Under the pieces are notes generated by a model. It had not been told where the DNA came from and ran no database searches. It worked only from the letters and a program-made list of their open reading frames with translations. The position numbers and the translations under genes were made by a program. Positions 1 through 14,423 of a DNA stretch of 64,000 nucleotides are shown one piece after another. The DNA lies in the NCBI RefSeq assembly GCF_009914755.1, contig NC_060947.1. One strand, 5' to 3'. Source of the DNA: the human T2T-CHM13v2.0 reference genome, Homo sapiens. Each line of letters begins with the position of its first letter. Positions within the stretch are counted from its first letter, which is position 1.

Positions 1-124
1 GGTTTTCAAAGTTAGGTTTTTTTAAAAAAAGTATTAAGATAATAGTTCACATAGTGTAGAGATAAGGCAGAAATTGCGAAGATGCTATTCACATGACTGA
101 AGTCTGGGAAACACTGCATTATAT

Positions 125-200
125 TAGGCCACATTTTACAGATGAATACATGGAAAGAAGGTTAATGACTTGCCCAAAGTTACGAGACTGACTTACAAAG
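125..200 (-). mobile_element. MIR SINE fragment
   Basis: ccacattttacagatgaa...ggttaatgacttgcccaaagttac resembles the reverse complement of the MIR core. Confidence 0.5.
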
Positions 201-1377
201 AGACTAAGGAGAGGTTTACCCGTAGGTGGATCTTGAAATAAATGGACATAGAGGAAAAAGATTGGTATGGCAATGTCCAGAGCTATTCCCAAAGTACAGA
301 AGATGGGTTCCCTTCTCTCTAGTGCCTGAATTGGATGTGGTGGTATGAGGGTGAACCTGTATTGCCTCAGTAACTGGCAGCAAAGACTTTTTTCTTCCAT
401 AAAGAGGCAATGGCAGGTAAGAAAGTCATAATTCCTCCCATCCCTCCCTTTCTCCTTCTATTTCCCCTTTCTTCTCTTCCCCTGAAGCTGGCATTCTTGT
501 CTCCTTTATGATGTTCTTGATATTCAGGGTGATTTGATTTGATTTGTCTGCAAATGTTGGCTAGGATCAGGAGGGAGGATGAGGCAGTGTTACTTGTCAT
601 GGGGCTTTATACATTCCATTTCTTCTTCCCTTTGGCCATCCCTGACAATGCCATCCAGACAGTGATAATGCCTGTGCTATGGCAGAAAACTAAGGCACTT
701 TTAGTGTGTTTGTGCTCAGGAAAGAACAAGGTAACAGAACTTAAGGAAGGATAGGTTATATGCCCAAAAAACATTCAAAGGGAGAGGGTTTGTGAACAGA
801 TTGATTGCAATTAAGAGCAAATAATTCAGAATTAAAATGAAAACAGCTATGCAAGTTAACAACACTTTTGAGCAGTTTTATGGCAGATAATAAATTGTCT
901 GGGCAACTATTGCAACAGAGGAAGGTTAACCTTTATTTAAGGATGAACCATTCCTAACAAAGTTCTCAATTAGTTTTGCCCAAACTTTCCAGCAGTATCA
1001 AGTATGGGTTTGTAAATCTATTTTTTCTTCAGTGCATCTGGAAATAACAACCTAGAAAACTCAAGGGTTATTTTTTCATGTGAAAACAACAGTATGTGTT
1101 AGGGCCAGTTTCAGCCCATGACAAAATTGTGAAGCAGCAAAGTTCAGCTTAAGAGATTGACCTCCCACTCGTTATCCAGGAGCCTCATTCAGCAGAGCCT
1201 TTTTCAGTCTGAGAGAACAGAATCTGACAAGGTCAGTCACATTTAAAGTGTGAACCACTTAATGTGTTAATTATCCTTGAGGAATTTGCATTTTAATAGA
1301 AAATCTACTAAAAAGAACAATGCTTAACACAAAACATTGAATTTGTGATAAGTTGATCAGAGCCAGTATAAGGGAAA

Positions 1378-1399
1378 GTGTGTGTGTGTCTGTGTGTGC

Positions 1400-1432
<33 letters not shown>
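1378..1432. repeat. (TG)n microsatellite
   Basis: About 55 bp of nearly pure TG dinucleotide repeat. Confidence 0.97.
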
Positions 1433-1433
<1 letters not shown>

Positions 1434-1584
1434 TTGTTACTGCAGAAGAGGTTTACTCTCTACTGGTTATTGAGGATAAACAATGTTGAATGATTGGGCT
1501 TAATTTACAGAGTGTCCTTTCTATTCAAGACCCACTTCAGAAACACACCAGACAGAAACAATGTCACAAGCTTTAAATAATATT

Positions 1585-1925
1585 AATACTAATAGTTAAT
1601 ATTTGTTAAGGACTTACTGTGCCAGGCATTGTCCTAATAAATCTATTAACTCATTTAATCTTCACGTAGGAAGTAGGAGCTATCATTTTCATACATGGAA
1701 ATGGTGGGCCTGAAAGGCTAAGTAACTTACCCTAGGTCATGCAGTCAGTAACTGGTGGAGCTAGCAAATGTTGCATTTATACTTTTAGAAGCATACAGTA
1801 CTTTATATATCATTTAAGTAGAAGAGAACTGATATATTCTAGATAGAACAAGTAACTTGTTTAGGAGTACCATGTAAGTTGGTGGAAAAGCTAGATTTAT
1901 AATGAACCTTGGTTTCCTGATTTTC
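1585..1925 (-). mobile_element. Two adjacent MIR fragments
   Basis: acttactgtgccaggcattgt...ctcatttaatcttcac...ggctaagtaacttacctaggtcatgcag, then a second aagtaacttg...gtaagttggtggaaaagctag core. Confidence 0.65.
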
Positions 1926-2461
1926 AGTGTATCCCACATTCTCTGTTGCTTATGAATTTGGTATTTCCTCCTATTTCTCGTTTCTATGTTTCTCTTGTTT
2001 CAGAATGCAAAATTTGGTTTGTAAAGGTAGAAAATAAAGAAGTCAGATGTTGCAACTGCTACTAGTACAAGAGTAACTCTAATTACAAGAGTAACTAGCC
2101 AGAAAGCAATAGGAAGTGCCATGAGAAAGGTGTAATTTGTACAGGAGGGCTGAATTAACATGAAGATGGAGGATCCAGAAAACTTCCGTGAAGTAGAACT
2201 GGATGGTATTTGAGCCAGAGTACTACATAACCAGATCTCCCTTCACTTTAGGAATTCTAAGTGTAAAGTAGTATGTAGGATACAATAGAGCTGCTATAGA
2301 AGCAGAAAGTAAAGAGAATAGTTCTGAAGCTATTAGGGTAGCAAAGGTAGGAGCTGGTAGCCAGAAGAAAAGATGAAGTCAACAGTAGAGATTTTGGAGA
2401 CCACTACATAGAAACAGATGGGATTCCCAAGGTGAGGGTTGGGGCCAGACTTAGGTAAGAA

Positions 2462-2492
2462 GCGAGAGAGAGAGAGAGCGCGAGAGAGAGAG
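2462..2492. repeat. (GA)n simple repeat
   Basis: gcgagagagagagagagcgcgagagagagag. Confidence 0.9.
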
Positions 2493-3167
2493 TCAGAGCA
2501 AGAACATAATTGAACCTAGGAAAACAAGATACTGTACTATTTTTTATAATAAACTTAATAAGTTTCTAATGCTTTGCACTTTCATATGCATGATCCATGT
2601 ATTCCTAGAACCTTTCTTCAATACAGTTTGCCTGAATTTTACAGGTGCAGCTAATAAGGGTCTCTGTGACACTGAAACCCCTCTTTACTCATTTCACTAC
2701 TCAACACTACCAACTAGCTACTTTTTATATCGCAGCAACCTTTTTAAAACCTTTTCCTTAAATCTGACTCTCAGAGACTACAATTTAGCACAAAAACCCT
2801 TCAGTATGGATATTTGAGTGAGGGTATTAACCCAAGACAGAACAACTATGTATTATTCTCAGCCTAATCACAAGTAAGAGACAAAGCTTGGACTCAAACA
2901 AAAGCGATATAGGCTTTTTTTTTTCACTTACAGATTTTAATGTAATACAGAGTTATTATCTCAGAGTTAAACATTTGAAGTTGGATTAGTCACACCTTCT
3001 CTGTCTCATCAAGATAAGTGGGCCCAGTGCCTATGGTATCTCTGCTAAGAAGCAACCACTTTGCATTTTACACAGTAGAATCAGAGCCAGCCTTCCACGA
3101 AAAATTAAAAAATGTTATTGACTGCACAGCCCCCTCCCCTTTTTTTTGATAGACTTCCTTTTAACCT

Positions 3168-3305
3168 TTGACAGAAGTAGGATTCAGAAGGTGGGTAATA
3201 ACAAACTCCTCTGAGCTAAAGGAGCATGTTCTAACGCAATGCAAGGAAGCTAAGAATTTTGACAAAAGGTTAAAGGTATGGCTAACTAGAATAACCAATT
3301 TAGAA
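3168..3305 (+). mobile_element. Short L1PA-type (about L1PA7-13) ORF1 fragment without tail or TSD
   Basis: ttgacagaagtaggattcagaaggtgggtaataacaaactcctctgagctaaaggagcatgttctaac is recognisable primate L1PA ORF1 and differs from the L1MA-type ORF1 that follows. Confidence 0.7.
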
Positions 3306-6300
3306 TTAAGTGGAAACTATAGAGTTGAAAAATGCAATTGACATACTGAAGTATGAATCAGAGTCTCTTAATAGTGTAGTTGATCAAGCAGAAGAAAGAA
3401 TTGGTGAGCATGAAGACAGCCTATTTTAAAATTCACAGTAAGAGGAGAAAAAAGAAGAAAGAATAAAAAACAATTAAGCATGCCTACCAGATCTAGAAAA
3501 TAGCCTCAAATGGGCAAAGGTAAGAGTTATTGGCCTTGAAAAGGATGTAGAGAAAGAGATGAGGAAGAAAGATTTTTTAAAGGCATAATATCAGAGAACT
3601 TCTCAAATGTAAAGAAAGATATCAACATTCACGTTCCAGAAGGTTATTATAACACCAAACAGGTTTCACTCAAAAGATGACTATGTCAAGGCATTTAGTA
3701 ATCAAACTCCCAAAGGTCAAGGATAAAGAAAGAATCCTAGAAGCAGCAAAAGAAAAGAAATGAGTAATATACAATGGAGCTCCAATATATGTGGCAGCAA
3801 AATTCTCAGTGGATACCTTACAGGTCAGCAGAGGGTGGCATGGTATATTTAAAGTGCTGATGAAAAAATACTTTTACCCTAGAATAGTATATCAAGCAAA
3901 AATATCCTTTAAGTATGATAGAGAAATAAAGACCTTCCCAGACAAATAAAAGCTGAGGGATTTTATCAACACCAGATGTGTCCTACAAGAAATGCTAAAG
4001 GGAGTTTTTCAATCTCAAGGGAAAGGATGTTAATGAGCAATATGAAATCATCTGAAGGCACAAAACTCAGTGCTAATAGTAAGCACACAAAAAAACGCAG
4101 AATAGGTTAACACTGTAACTGTGGTGTATAAGTTACTCTTGACTTAAGTAGAAAGACTAAATGATGAACCAATAAAAATAATAAATACAATAACTTTTCA
4201 AGACAAAGATAGTACAGTAAAACATAAATAGGAAAAAAAAGTTTAAAAGTGGAGTGGAGTGGGGGGCAAAATTAATGTGTAGAGTTTTAATTAGATTTTT
4301 GGGTATGTGTTTATGCAATCAGTATTAAGTTGTCATCAGTTTAAAATAATGGATTATATATAGTATTTCCAAGCCTCATGGTTACCTCCAATCAAGAAAC
4401 ATACAATGGATGCAGAAAAAATAAAAATCAAGAAATTAAATTATACCACCAGATAAAACCACCTTCACTAAAAGGAAAGCAGCAAGGAAGGAAAGAAGGA
4501 AGAGAAGACCACAAAACAATAAGAAAGCAAATAACAACCTGGCAAGAGTAAGTCCTGACTTATCAACAATAACATTGAGTGTAAATGGGCTAAACTCTCC
4601 AATGAAAAGACATACAGAGGCTGAATGGATGAAAAAACAACATCCATTGACCTGTTGCCTACAGGAAAAGCACTTCACCTATAAAGATACACATTGGCTG
4701 AAAATAAAGGGATGTAAAATTATATTCCATGCCAATGGAAATGAAAAAAGAGTAGCAGTAGCTATACTTAGACAAAGTAGATTTCAAGACAAAAACTGTA
4801 AGAAGAGACAAAATAAATAAATAAATAAATATATATATATATATATAAAACGATAAAGTGGTCAATTCAGTTAGAGGATATGACAATATATGTGCATTCA
4901 ACACTGGAGCACCAGATATATAAAGCAAATATAATAAGAGCTAAAGGGAAAGAACCCAATAACAATAATAGCTAGAAACTTTAACATCCCACTTTCAGCA
5001 TTGGACAGATTTTCCAGACAGAAAATTAACAAGGAAGCATCAGAATTAATCTGCACTATAGAATAAATGGACCTAACAGATATTTACAGATCATTTCATC
5101 CAATGGCTGCAGAATACACATTTTTCTCCTCAGTGCATGAATCATTCCTAAAGATAGACCATATGTTAGGTCACAAAATAAGTCTTAAAATATTTTTTAA
5201 AAATGGAAATTATATAAAGCATCTCCTCTGACTGTAATGAAATAAAACTTGAAATTATTAGCAGGAGCAATTTTGGAAACTATACAAACACATTAAAATT
5301 AAACAATATGCTTCTGAATGACCAGGGGTTTAATGAATAAATAAGAAGGAAATTGAAAAATGTTTTGAAACAAATGGTAATGGAAACACAACATTCCAAA
5401 AACAATGGAATACAGGGAAAGCAGTACTAAGAGGGAAATTTATAACTATAATTGTTTATATCAGAAAAGAAGAAAAACTTCAAATAAATAACCTAGTAAT
5501 GTCTCTTAAAAAACTAGAAAAGCAAGAACAAACCAAACCAAAAATTATTTCAAGAAAATAAATAATAATGATCAGAGCAGAAATAAATTAATTTGAAATG
5601 AAAAAGCAATAAAAAAAATCAATGAAACAAAAAGTTGGCTTTTTTAAAAAGATAAGCCAAATTGACAAAACTTTAACTAGATTAAAAAAAACTAAATCTA
5701 TGAGATAAGACCCAAATAAAATCAGAGATGAAAAAGGAGGCATTACAAATGGGTCTGAAGAAATTCCAAAGATCATTATTGGCTACTATGAGCAAGTATA
5801 TGTGGTGGGGAGATGGTTTCAGGATGAAATTATTCCACCTCAGATCATCAGGCATTAGATTCTCATAAGGTGCATGCAACCTAGATTCCTCACACAGCAC
5901 AGTTCACAATAGGGATTGTGCTCCTATGAGAATCTAATGCTGCTGCTGATCTGACAGGAGGTGGAGCTCAGGCAATAATGCTAACTTGCCTACTGCTCAC
6001 CTCCTGCTGTGTTGCCTGGTTCCCATCAGGCCACCGACTGATACCAATCCATGGCCCAGGGTTTAGGGACCCCTGAGCTAGATGAAACAGATACAATCCT
6101 AGAAATGTACAACCCACAAGATTGAACCATAAATAAATCCAAAACCTGAACAGGTCAATAACAAGGAACAGGATAAAAGCTGTAATAAAAATACCTCAGT
6201 AAAGAAAAGCCTGAGAACCGATGACTTCACTGCTGAACTCAACCAAACATTCAAGGTAGAATTAGTATCAATACTATAAAAACTGTTCCAAAAAATAGAG

Positions 6301-8979
6301 TATGGAATACTTCCAAACTCATTCTATGAGGCCAGTATTACCGTGTTACCAAAACGAGACAAAGACACATCAAAAAAGAAAAACTACAGACAAATATCTC
6401 TGATGAATATTGATGCAAAAATCTTCAACAAAATACAGCAAGACGAATTCAACAATACATTAGAAAGACCATTCCTCATGACCAAGTGGGATTTATCCCT
6501 TGGATGCAAGGATAGTTCAATATATGCAAGTCAATCAATGTGATACATCCTATCAAGAAAATAAAGAACAATAACTATATCATCATTTTAATTGATGTTA
6601 AAAAAGCATTTAATAAAGTTTAAATATCCCATTATGATAAAAACCCCAAAATAACTACAGATGGAAGGAACAGACCTCAACATAATAAAAGCCATATATG
6701 ACAGACTGACAGCTAGTATATTGAATGGGAAAAAATGGAAATCCTTTCTTCCTATATATGGAACATGGCAAGGATGCCCACTTCCTCTACTGTTATTCAA
6801 CATGGTACTAAATTTTCTAGCTAGATAAATTAGACCAGAGAAAGATACAGAGATCCAATGGTAAAGGAAGTCAAGTTATTCTTGTTTGCAGATGATATGA
6901 TATTTTTTATTTTTAGCATCCCAAAGATTCCACCAAAAAACTCTTAGAACTGATATATTCAGTAAAGTTGCACAATATGTAATCAACATACAAAAATTCT
7001 GTAGCATTTCTATGTGCCAACAATGAAAAATCTGAAGATAAAATTTAAAAATGAATCCCATTTACAATAGCCACAAATAAATTTCAATATCTAGGAATTA
7101 ACTTAACCAAAGATGTTAAAGATCTCAAACAATGAAGACTCTGAAATGCTGATGAAAGAAATTGAAGAGGATACAAAAAGATGGAAAGATATTTCATGTT
7201 CATGTATTGGAAGAATCAATAATGTTAAAATGTCCATACTAACCAAAGTAATCTATGGATTCAAAGCAATTCCTATCAAAATACCAATAACATTCTTCAC
7301 ATAACTATAAAAAGCAATCCTGTAACTTATATGAAATCACAAAAGACCCAAAATAGACAATGCTAATCTGAGCAAAAAGAACAAAATTGGAGGAATTACA
7401 TTACCTGACTTCAAATTAAACTACAGAATGATAGTAATCAAAACAGCATGGTACTGGCATAAAAATCAGACACGTAGACCAATAAAACAGAATAGAGAAC
7501 CCAGAAACAAATGTACACACCTAGAATGAACTCATTTTCAACAAAGGTGCCAAGAACATACTTTGGAGAAAAGATAATCTCTTCAATAAATGAGTCTGGG
7601 AAAACTGGATGTTCATATTCAGAATAATGAAATTTGACCACTATGTCTTGCCTTAGACAAAAATTAAATCAAATTGGAATAAAGACTCCAAACTAAATTG
7701 AATTCATCAAACTATAAAACTACTACAATAAAACATCAGGGAAACTCTCCAGGATATTGGTGTGGCCAAAAATTTATTGAGCAATATCACACAAGCACAG
7801 GGAACCAAAGAAAAAGTAGACAAATCTGATCACATCAAGTAAAAATGCTTCTTCACAGCAAAGGAAACAATCAACAAAGTGAAGAGACAACCCACAGAAT
7901 GGGAGGAAATATTTGCAAACTTCCCATCTGACAAGGGATTAATAACCATAATATATAAGGAGGACAGATAACTCTGTAGGAAGAAAATCTAATAATCTGA
8001 TGGAAAAATGTGCTAAATATTTGAATAAATATTTCTCAAAAGAAGACATAAAAATGTCAGTCATATGGAAAGGTGCTTAACATCATTGATCATCAGATAA
8101 ATGCACATTGAAAGCAAAATGAGATGTCATCTCACCACAGTTAAAATAGCTCTGTGCAAATGTCAGGCAATAAATGCTGGTGATGATGAGGAGAAAAGGG
8201 AACCCTTGTACACTGTTGTTGGAAATTTAAATTAGTGCAATCACTATGGAGAAGGGTTTGGAGATGTCTCAAAATGCTAAAAATAAAGCTACCACATGAT
8301 CCCACAATCCCACTGGTGGGTATATTCCCAAAAGAAAAGAAATCAGTACATGAGGGAGATATCTTTACTCCCATGTTTATTCTAGCACTCTTCACAATAG
8401 CTAAGATTTGGAAGCAACCTAAGTGTCCATCAACAGATAAATGGATACAAAAATTTTTAGTACGCATACTCAATGGAGTCCCATTCAGCAATAAAAAGGA
8501 ATGAGATACAGTGGTTTGCAATAACATGGATGGAACTGAAAATTATTATGTTAAGTGAAATAAGCCAGAAAGACAAATATCACATGTTCTTACTCATTTG
8601 TGTGATCTAAAAATCAAAATAATTGAACTAAAAGATAGAGAGCAAAAGAATAGTTACCAGAGTCTGGAAAGGGTAGTGTGCGGTTGGGGGCCAATGGGGA
8701 TGGTTAATGGGTACAAAAAATACTTAGAAAGAATGAATAAGACCTAGCATTTGATATCACAACAGTAGCACTATAGTCAATAATAATTTAATTGTACATT
8801 TAAAATAATTAAAAAAGTGTATTTGGATTGTTTGTAACACAAAGGATAAATGGTTGAGGTGATGGAGGTAAGACTTTCCATGATGTGATTGTTACTCTTT
8901 GCATGCCTCTACCAAAATGTCTCATGTGCTTCATAAATATATACACCTACTGTTTCCCAAAAATAATTAAAAAAAAAAC
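3306..8979 (+). mobile_element. 5'-truncated, decayed LINE-1 (L1MA1/L1MA2-like): ORF1 part, ORF2, 3'UTR, A tail
   Basis: ORF2 remnants in the ORF track (SVNGLNSP..CCLQEKHF endonuclease; [16 protein letters not shown]; [13 protein letters not shown]; [23 protein letters not shown]); L1MA-type 3' end gaatgaataagacctag...; A tail at about 8968-8979. Confidence 0.92.
5802..6075 (-). mobile_element. MER1B (hAT-Charlie MITE) nested in L1 ORF2, one end deleted
   Basis: ggcattagattctcataagg...tatgagaatctaatgc internal inverted repeat; terminal ggacccctg followed by agctagat (NNCTAGAN-type target). Confidence 0.85.
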
Positions 8980-10789
8980 ACTGTAGTTGTTCTTATGCAT
9001 CACAAGAAGAGTCAGTCTAAGGTCACCTTGATGTGTTAAATATGAATTAGCTGTCCTTCCAGTGCCTTCTAGTATTCATTTGTGGTTGGATGTGTCATGG
9101 GGGACAAAAGAAAGGTGGCAAATAGTTTCACACCAGGATCAAAATTGATATGGCATTGATGAGATGATTGTACTCTGCATTTATTACATGTGAATATATT
9201 TACTAAACTCTTGCCTCTGTCCTGAAAAGCAATGACTACTGGGAAAATTTTTACATTCTTTCAGTAGGTGAGTGTGGCGATTAATCAGTGTTGCTAATGC
9301 AATTCTAAAACCTTCTTTGAAAGACTTGTAATTTTTTTTTCTATGCAGCCAGTATCTAATCAATCAGTGAGTCCATGATGAGTCATGAAACACATTTGTT
9401 GACTAATAAAGTCTTGTGTTCTGTGCCAATGAATTTAGCTGTGCCACCACTGTTTCAATAGCCAGCCATGAGATATTACTCTGAAACGTGGAATTTATTA
9501 TTGGAAAGAGACAATATCAATCTAATTATCCTGCTGCCTTTCAGCAGGTGCATCTTGCTATTCGGCAAGCATATCCAACTGTATTGATTCCAAGCGTATA
9601 TCCATCTTAGCCTTAAACTCATTTACACTGCCTACTCTGAATGTAATATGTACTGTGATGTTCCCAACACCAATATCTTTCTTGGAGATGGCACATTTCC
9701 TGAACTTAAGTGTAGCCTGCATTTTTCCTTGCATGACATCCAGACCTGTCCTTTCCATATTGTCTAAAAAATGAATAGTCACTTGTTCAGGTACTAGATA
9801 TTTTTGTTAATTTGATATTTGTAAAGGGGGGAAGGTTAACTCAAAGAAAGAAAGCACTGAATGTTCTGACAGAAAGCTATAAATGAAAGAGCTATTTGAA
9901 TTCAGGGTTTTGATGGCAATAATTACATTTAGTAAGAACTAATCACTTTCAGATTTTCAAAAAAACCAAATGGATGCTTTCCAAAAATAGCTGATTGCTT
10001 ATAAAAGTATAAATATTTTCCCCGTATATGAGAAGACCAATTGTGGGTTTTGCCTCCTTTATAAATTGGTTAAATTAACAGTCTTACTTACATCATGAGG
10101 AAGTAGATGAATGGTTTAACCTCTACCACCAAGAAGATTTAGTTGCAATTTCAAGTGATAGGATGTTATTACATCTGGCATTCATAAATTTAACTTTTAA
10201 AAATGGGATTTTAAAGGAATGTACAGAAGCAAAATTATGCTAATCATAATCTCATCTCCTTTTAGAAGCTGCAGAGGTCATGCAATATCTTACAGTGACT
10301 CTGGAGCATCATTTTGCACTCCAGTGATTATTGTGGCAGGTAATTGAGAGCTTTTTAAAAAATCCTTTTTGCTTCTGCTATGCAGTTAATTTCACTATTT
10401 TTGGCTGACACTGTATTTAGCAAACCAGTTTGGTATTAGACTAATGTGAAAAACTTGATGGGTTAGTTATCTTGAAACTGCAAAAGGACAGACTCTAATT
10501 TTCACGTTATTTGCCTCTCTTAGAGTTGTAGTAGATTAATCACGGAGAAACAGGTTTTCCACAAACACCTAGCAATTGGCAAGCAATATTATTTTCTATC
10601 ACAAAATTTGCTTTGAGCGTTTTACATCTAGGGATTATACTGGGGGATTAACATAAGGGCCCCACTGGTATGGTGCCTAGAAGCCATGAGTTCAACGAGT
10701 ATTAGTGAAATTGTTTAGTGAATTGAAATGTCTGATAAGACACACAAAGAGACATGATGAGTTATTTCTGCGTGACTGTATTTACACAG

Positions 10790-11320
10790 CTTCCAAATCC
10801 AGCCCTAATTGTCCACCTGTGCTTCTTTCCTGTATTTGCATTTTCTAGCAGTATTTTGTCATGCAGATTGCCTACCATCACTTCAAATAAAGAACAGTGA
10901 AGGAGCCCATTATTGTTCTCCAAAACCAGCAGCTATCAAAAGTGTGCTGTCCTCTTGATTGCACAGATTTCTTGTTTTTTATAGGTTGAAAATCTTGGAG
11001 TTGTCATTTAACATTAGACTTTATTATCCATTTTGATTCTCCTGAACCACCCTCCATGCCTCAACATTTATCGTTTTCTATCCTATATTGCCAGCTGAAT
11101 CCCTATTCATTTATTCATGGCTCAGTTCATACTTCACCTCTTTTGAGAGTCTTTTCTTGTCTTCCCAATGCTCATTCTCAGTCATATGTCTCTTCTTTAT
11201 TCTCCCATAGTATCTTGAGCATATCCAGATTACAGTTTTGTGATCATTGTGGTATCCCAGCAGTGATTCTGTTATATAGTAGTTACTCAATAAATGCTTG
11301 TTAAATGATGAAATGTGTTA
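10790..11320 (+). mobile_element. L2 LINE 3' fragment
   Basis: Pyrimidine-rich L2-like body ending in ctcaataaatgcttgttaaatgatgaa. Confidence 0.55.
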
Positions 11321-12585
11321 GCCTTTTATCTTTAACTACATTATAAGGCCAGGAAAGCCTTATTCTCTTTAGTATTTCCCATAGTACTGGGTACACAATA
11401 TATGCTTACTAAATATGTAAGGCCATTTTTAAGGCCATAACTGTAATGCTGCCATTGACTAGAATCAAGACTCCTGTATAATATATACAATGATGAGTCT
11501 TAAAATATTACTCAGTGGAAATACTAATCTTAGTGGGAGAATAGATGTTTGGTGGCCAGTGTTTCTCTTTATATTGTCAAGAATGTATAGTGAGTAGGTT
11601 ATAGTGGAAAACTGAAACCACCGTTTAAGTAATTGTTCTCTTTATTGTGAGATAAAAGTCATATCCCCTGCTTTCTGTGGAGAAGAGCCTAAATGTTGAA
11701 TGGCTGGATCTACAAAAAACGATTGTGTTAAAATTTGTAACAGATAATGTATAAAATGCCAGAAAGGCAATTCATCCTGCATACTTTTAGAACATCTTGC
11801 ATTGTGTACATCTACCGAATCACTGTTAAGAATACTGTGCATGAAAATTGTTACAGTTCGTTATCAGCATTATTGCTTTGGGGCAACAAATATATACACA
11901 TTTTCATCATTCAGTCAGTTCCAATAAGAATCTCAGACATTTTCAATCTTAGAACAATTTTGCTTGGTGTTGTCCAATACAGGATGTTTGCATATGACAT
12001 TTTGTTTCAATTGTTCATGAAGAAAGTGACTCTTTATGCTGTGATTATTGAACTGATATTGTTGGTATCCAGTCCTCCAAGAAATAAACCATGATAAAAG
12101 TAATCTTAGATTTATTAAGATGGTTTAAAATGGCAGCCAGAGGTTCAATGTTGAATAAATATTATATAACCAGGTCAATCCAATGATGTATGCTGCATTC
12201 TTTTATGTGAAAACAAAGTACTAAGTATAAAGTGATGAAAAGAAGTTATATTCAGTATTCTTCTAGGAAAATTAGTGAACTTCATAAAAAAATGGATCAG
12301 CAATTGACCATGAGATGAAGTATTTCGCTACCTGTTGTACTGCCAGGGAAATAGTCCTTTTTATCAAAAGGCAAATGAAGACAATGCAGGCATAAACTCC
12401 CTCTGGCTCCCAGAGTTGTACCCTTCATTTTTGTAACATAGAATTAGCTTATGTTCATACGTTTTCTGATGGGCAGAATACATAAATAAACTATAAATAT
12501 TTCTTGAGCTTCAATGCAAAGGGCAAGACCTGTGTGTATGCTTAAATAAAAAATTTTTTGAATGATTTTTATATGCATGTTTTGA

Positions 12586-12908
<323 letters not shown>

Positions 12909-13435
12909 GATATTTTCTAATCTTAAATAACAGTTTTTAAAATAACTGAAAAAATATCTTTTGGGACTTTAACTTTTTTCACTCCATTTTAGTTCTATTT
13001 CTAAAGCCATGATTTTTAAAGCCTGTATTTTCGTGTACTCTCATATTAGACTAGTGCCACTGCCACCATAGATAAATGAGTTGACCTTGTTGATTCTCCT
13101 GCCTGTCTCAGGGTATTGAAAGCCCAGCTGAGTGCAATTACAAGCAATATTACTACCTTGGCAGGAGCTGTCAGAACTCACACTGGTGGTTGGATGCTGG
13201 ATATGTGTATGCTGAATGACATTCGCAGAAACAGAGGATATTTCCAATCATCTTTAAAGAAGGGAGACAGTCATAAACATCTAATAGCCTTTGTTTCCAT
13301 GAAATGTACGAACAGTTCAAACAAAGCATATTTTATATAGTATATATGTATGTGTGTATGCTTCAAATAAAGTATATTTTATATATATACACATATACGT
13401 GTGTATTTGTGTATGTGTATATATATACCCACACA

Positions 13436-14372
13436 TAATCATGTGTCAGTCATATAGTCACATTTTGGTCAGTGACAGACCACATATATGACAGTGGTCC
13501 CATACATTATCGTGGAGCTGAAACATTCCTATTGCCTAGTGACATAACCCTTATCATAACATCATAGCACAACACATTAATAACATGTTTATGGTGATGC
13601 TGGTGTAAATAAACCAGCACTGTCAGTTGTACAAAAGTATAGCACAAACTATTATGTACAGTGTAAAATACTTGATAGTGATAATAAATAAATACGTTAT
13701 TGGTTTATATATTTACTATGCCATACTTGTAATGTTATTTTAAAGTATACTTCTTATTGAAAAATTAAAAGTTAACTGTAAATCAGCTTCAGGCAGGTCC
13801 TTCAGGAGGTATTCCAGAAGACATTGTTATCATAGGAGGTGATAGTTCCATTTGTGATATTGCCCCTGAAGAATTTTTAGTGGAACAAGATTTGGAGAGG
13901 GAAGACAGTAATATTGATGATCCTGTCCCTGTGTAGGCCTAGGCTCATGTGTGTGTTTGTGTCTCAGTTTTAAACAAAAAAGCTTAAAAAGTAAAAAACA
14001 AAAATTTAAAAGTAGAAAAAAAGCATATAGAATAAGGATACAGAAATATAAAGTATTTTGTACAGCTGTGCAATGTGTGTGCTTTAAGTGTTATTGCAAA
14101 AGAGTAAAAAACAAAAAAATTATAGTAAGCAAAGATTAGTTTGTTATGGAAGAAAGAATTTTTAAAATAAATTTAGTACAGCCTAAGTCTAAGGTTTTAT
14201 AAAGTCTGCAGGAGTGTACAGTAATGTCCTAGGCCTTTACACATTTGTTAATTCCAAAAGAACTATATATTTGCTTGATTTCACTCACTAGTCACTCACT
14301 GACTCACCCAGAGCAACTTCCAGTCTTGCCAGATCCATTCATGGTAAGTGCCCTATACAGATGTACCATTTT
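13436..14372. mobile_element. Tigger3 (Golem/MER7-family) DNA transposon, right end truncated
   Basis: gaccacatatatgacagtggtcccata...ggagctgaaacattcctattgcctagtgac...caggcaggtccttcaggaggtattccagaag...gtaagtgccctatacag. Confidence 0.8.
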
Positions 14373-14423
14373 TAATATATTTTAAAAATATTTTATATTT
14401 TTAATATATTTGAGATGTTTTTA

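Noticed and set aside
5850-5945. Hairpin gcattagattctcata...tatgagaatctaatgc as a miRNA precursor
   Set aside because: It is the built-in internal inverted repeat of MER1
14245-14282. Apparent extra segment of about 37 bp inside Tigger3
   Set aside because: No convincing local source found, and my recalled consensus is not reliable enough to call it an insertion
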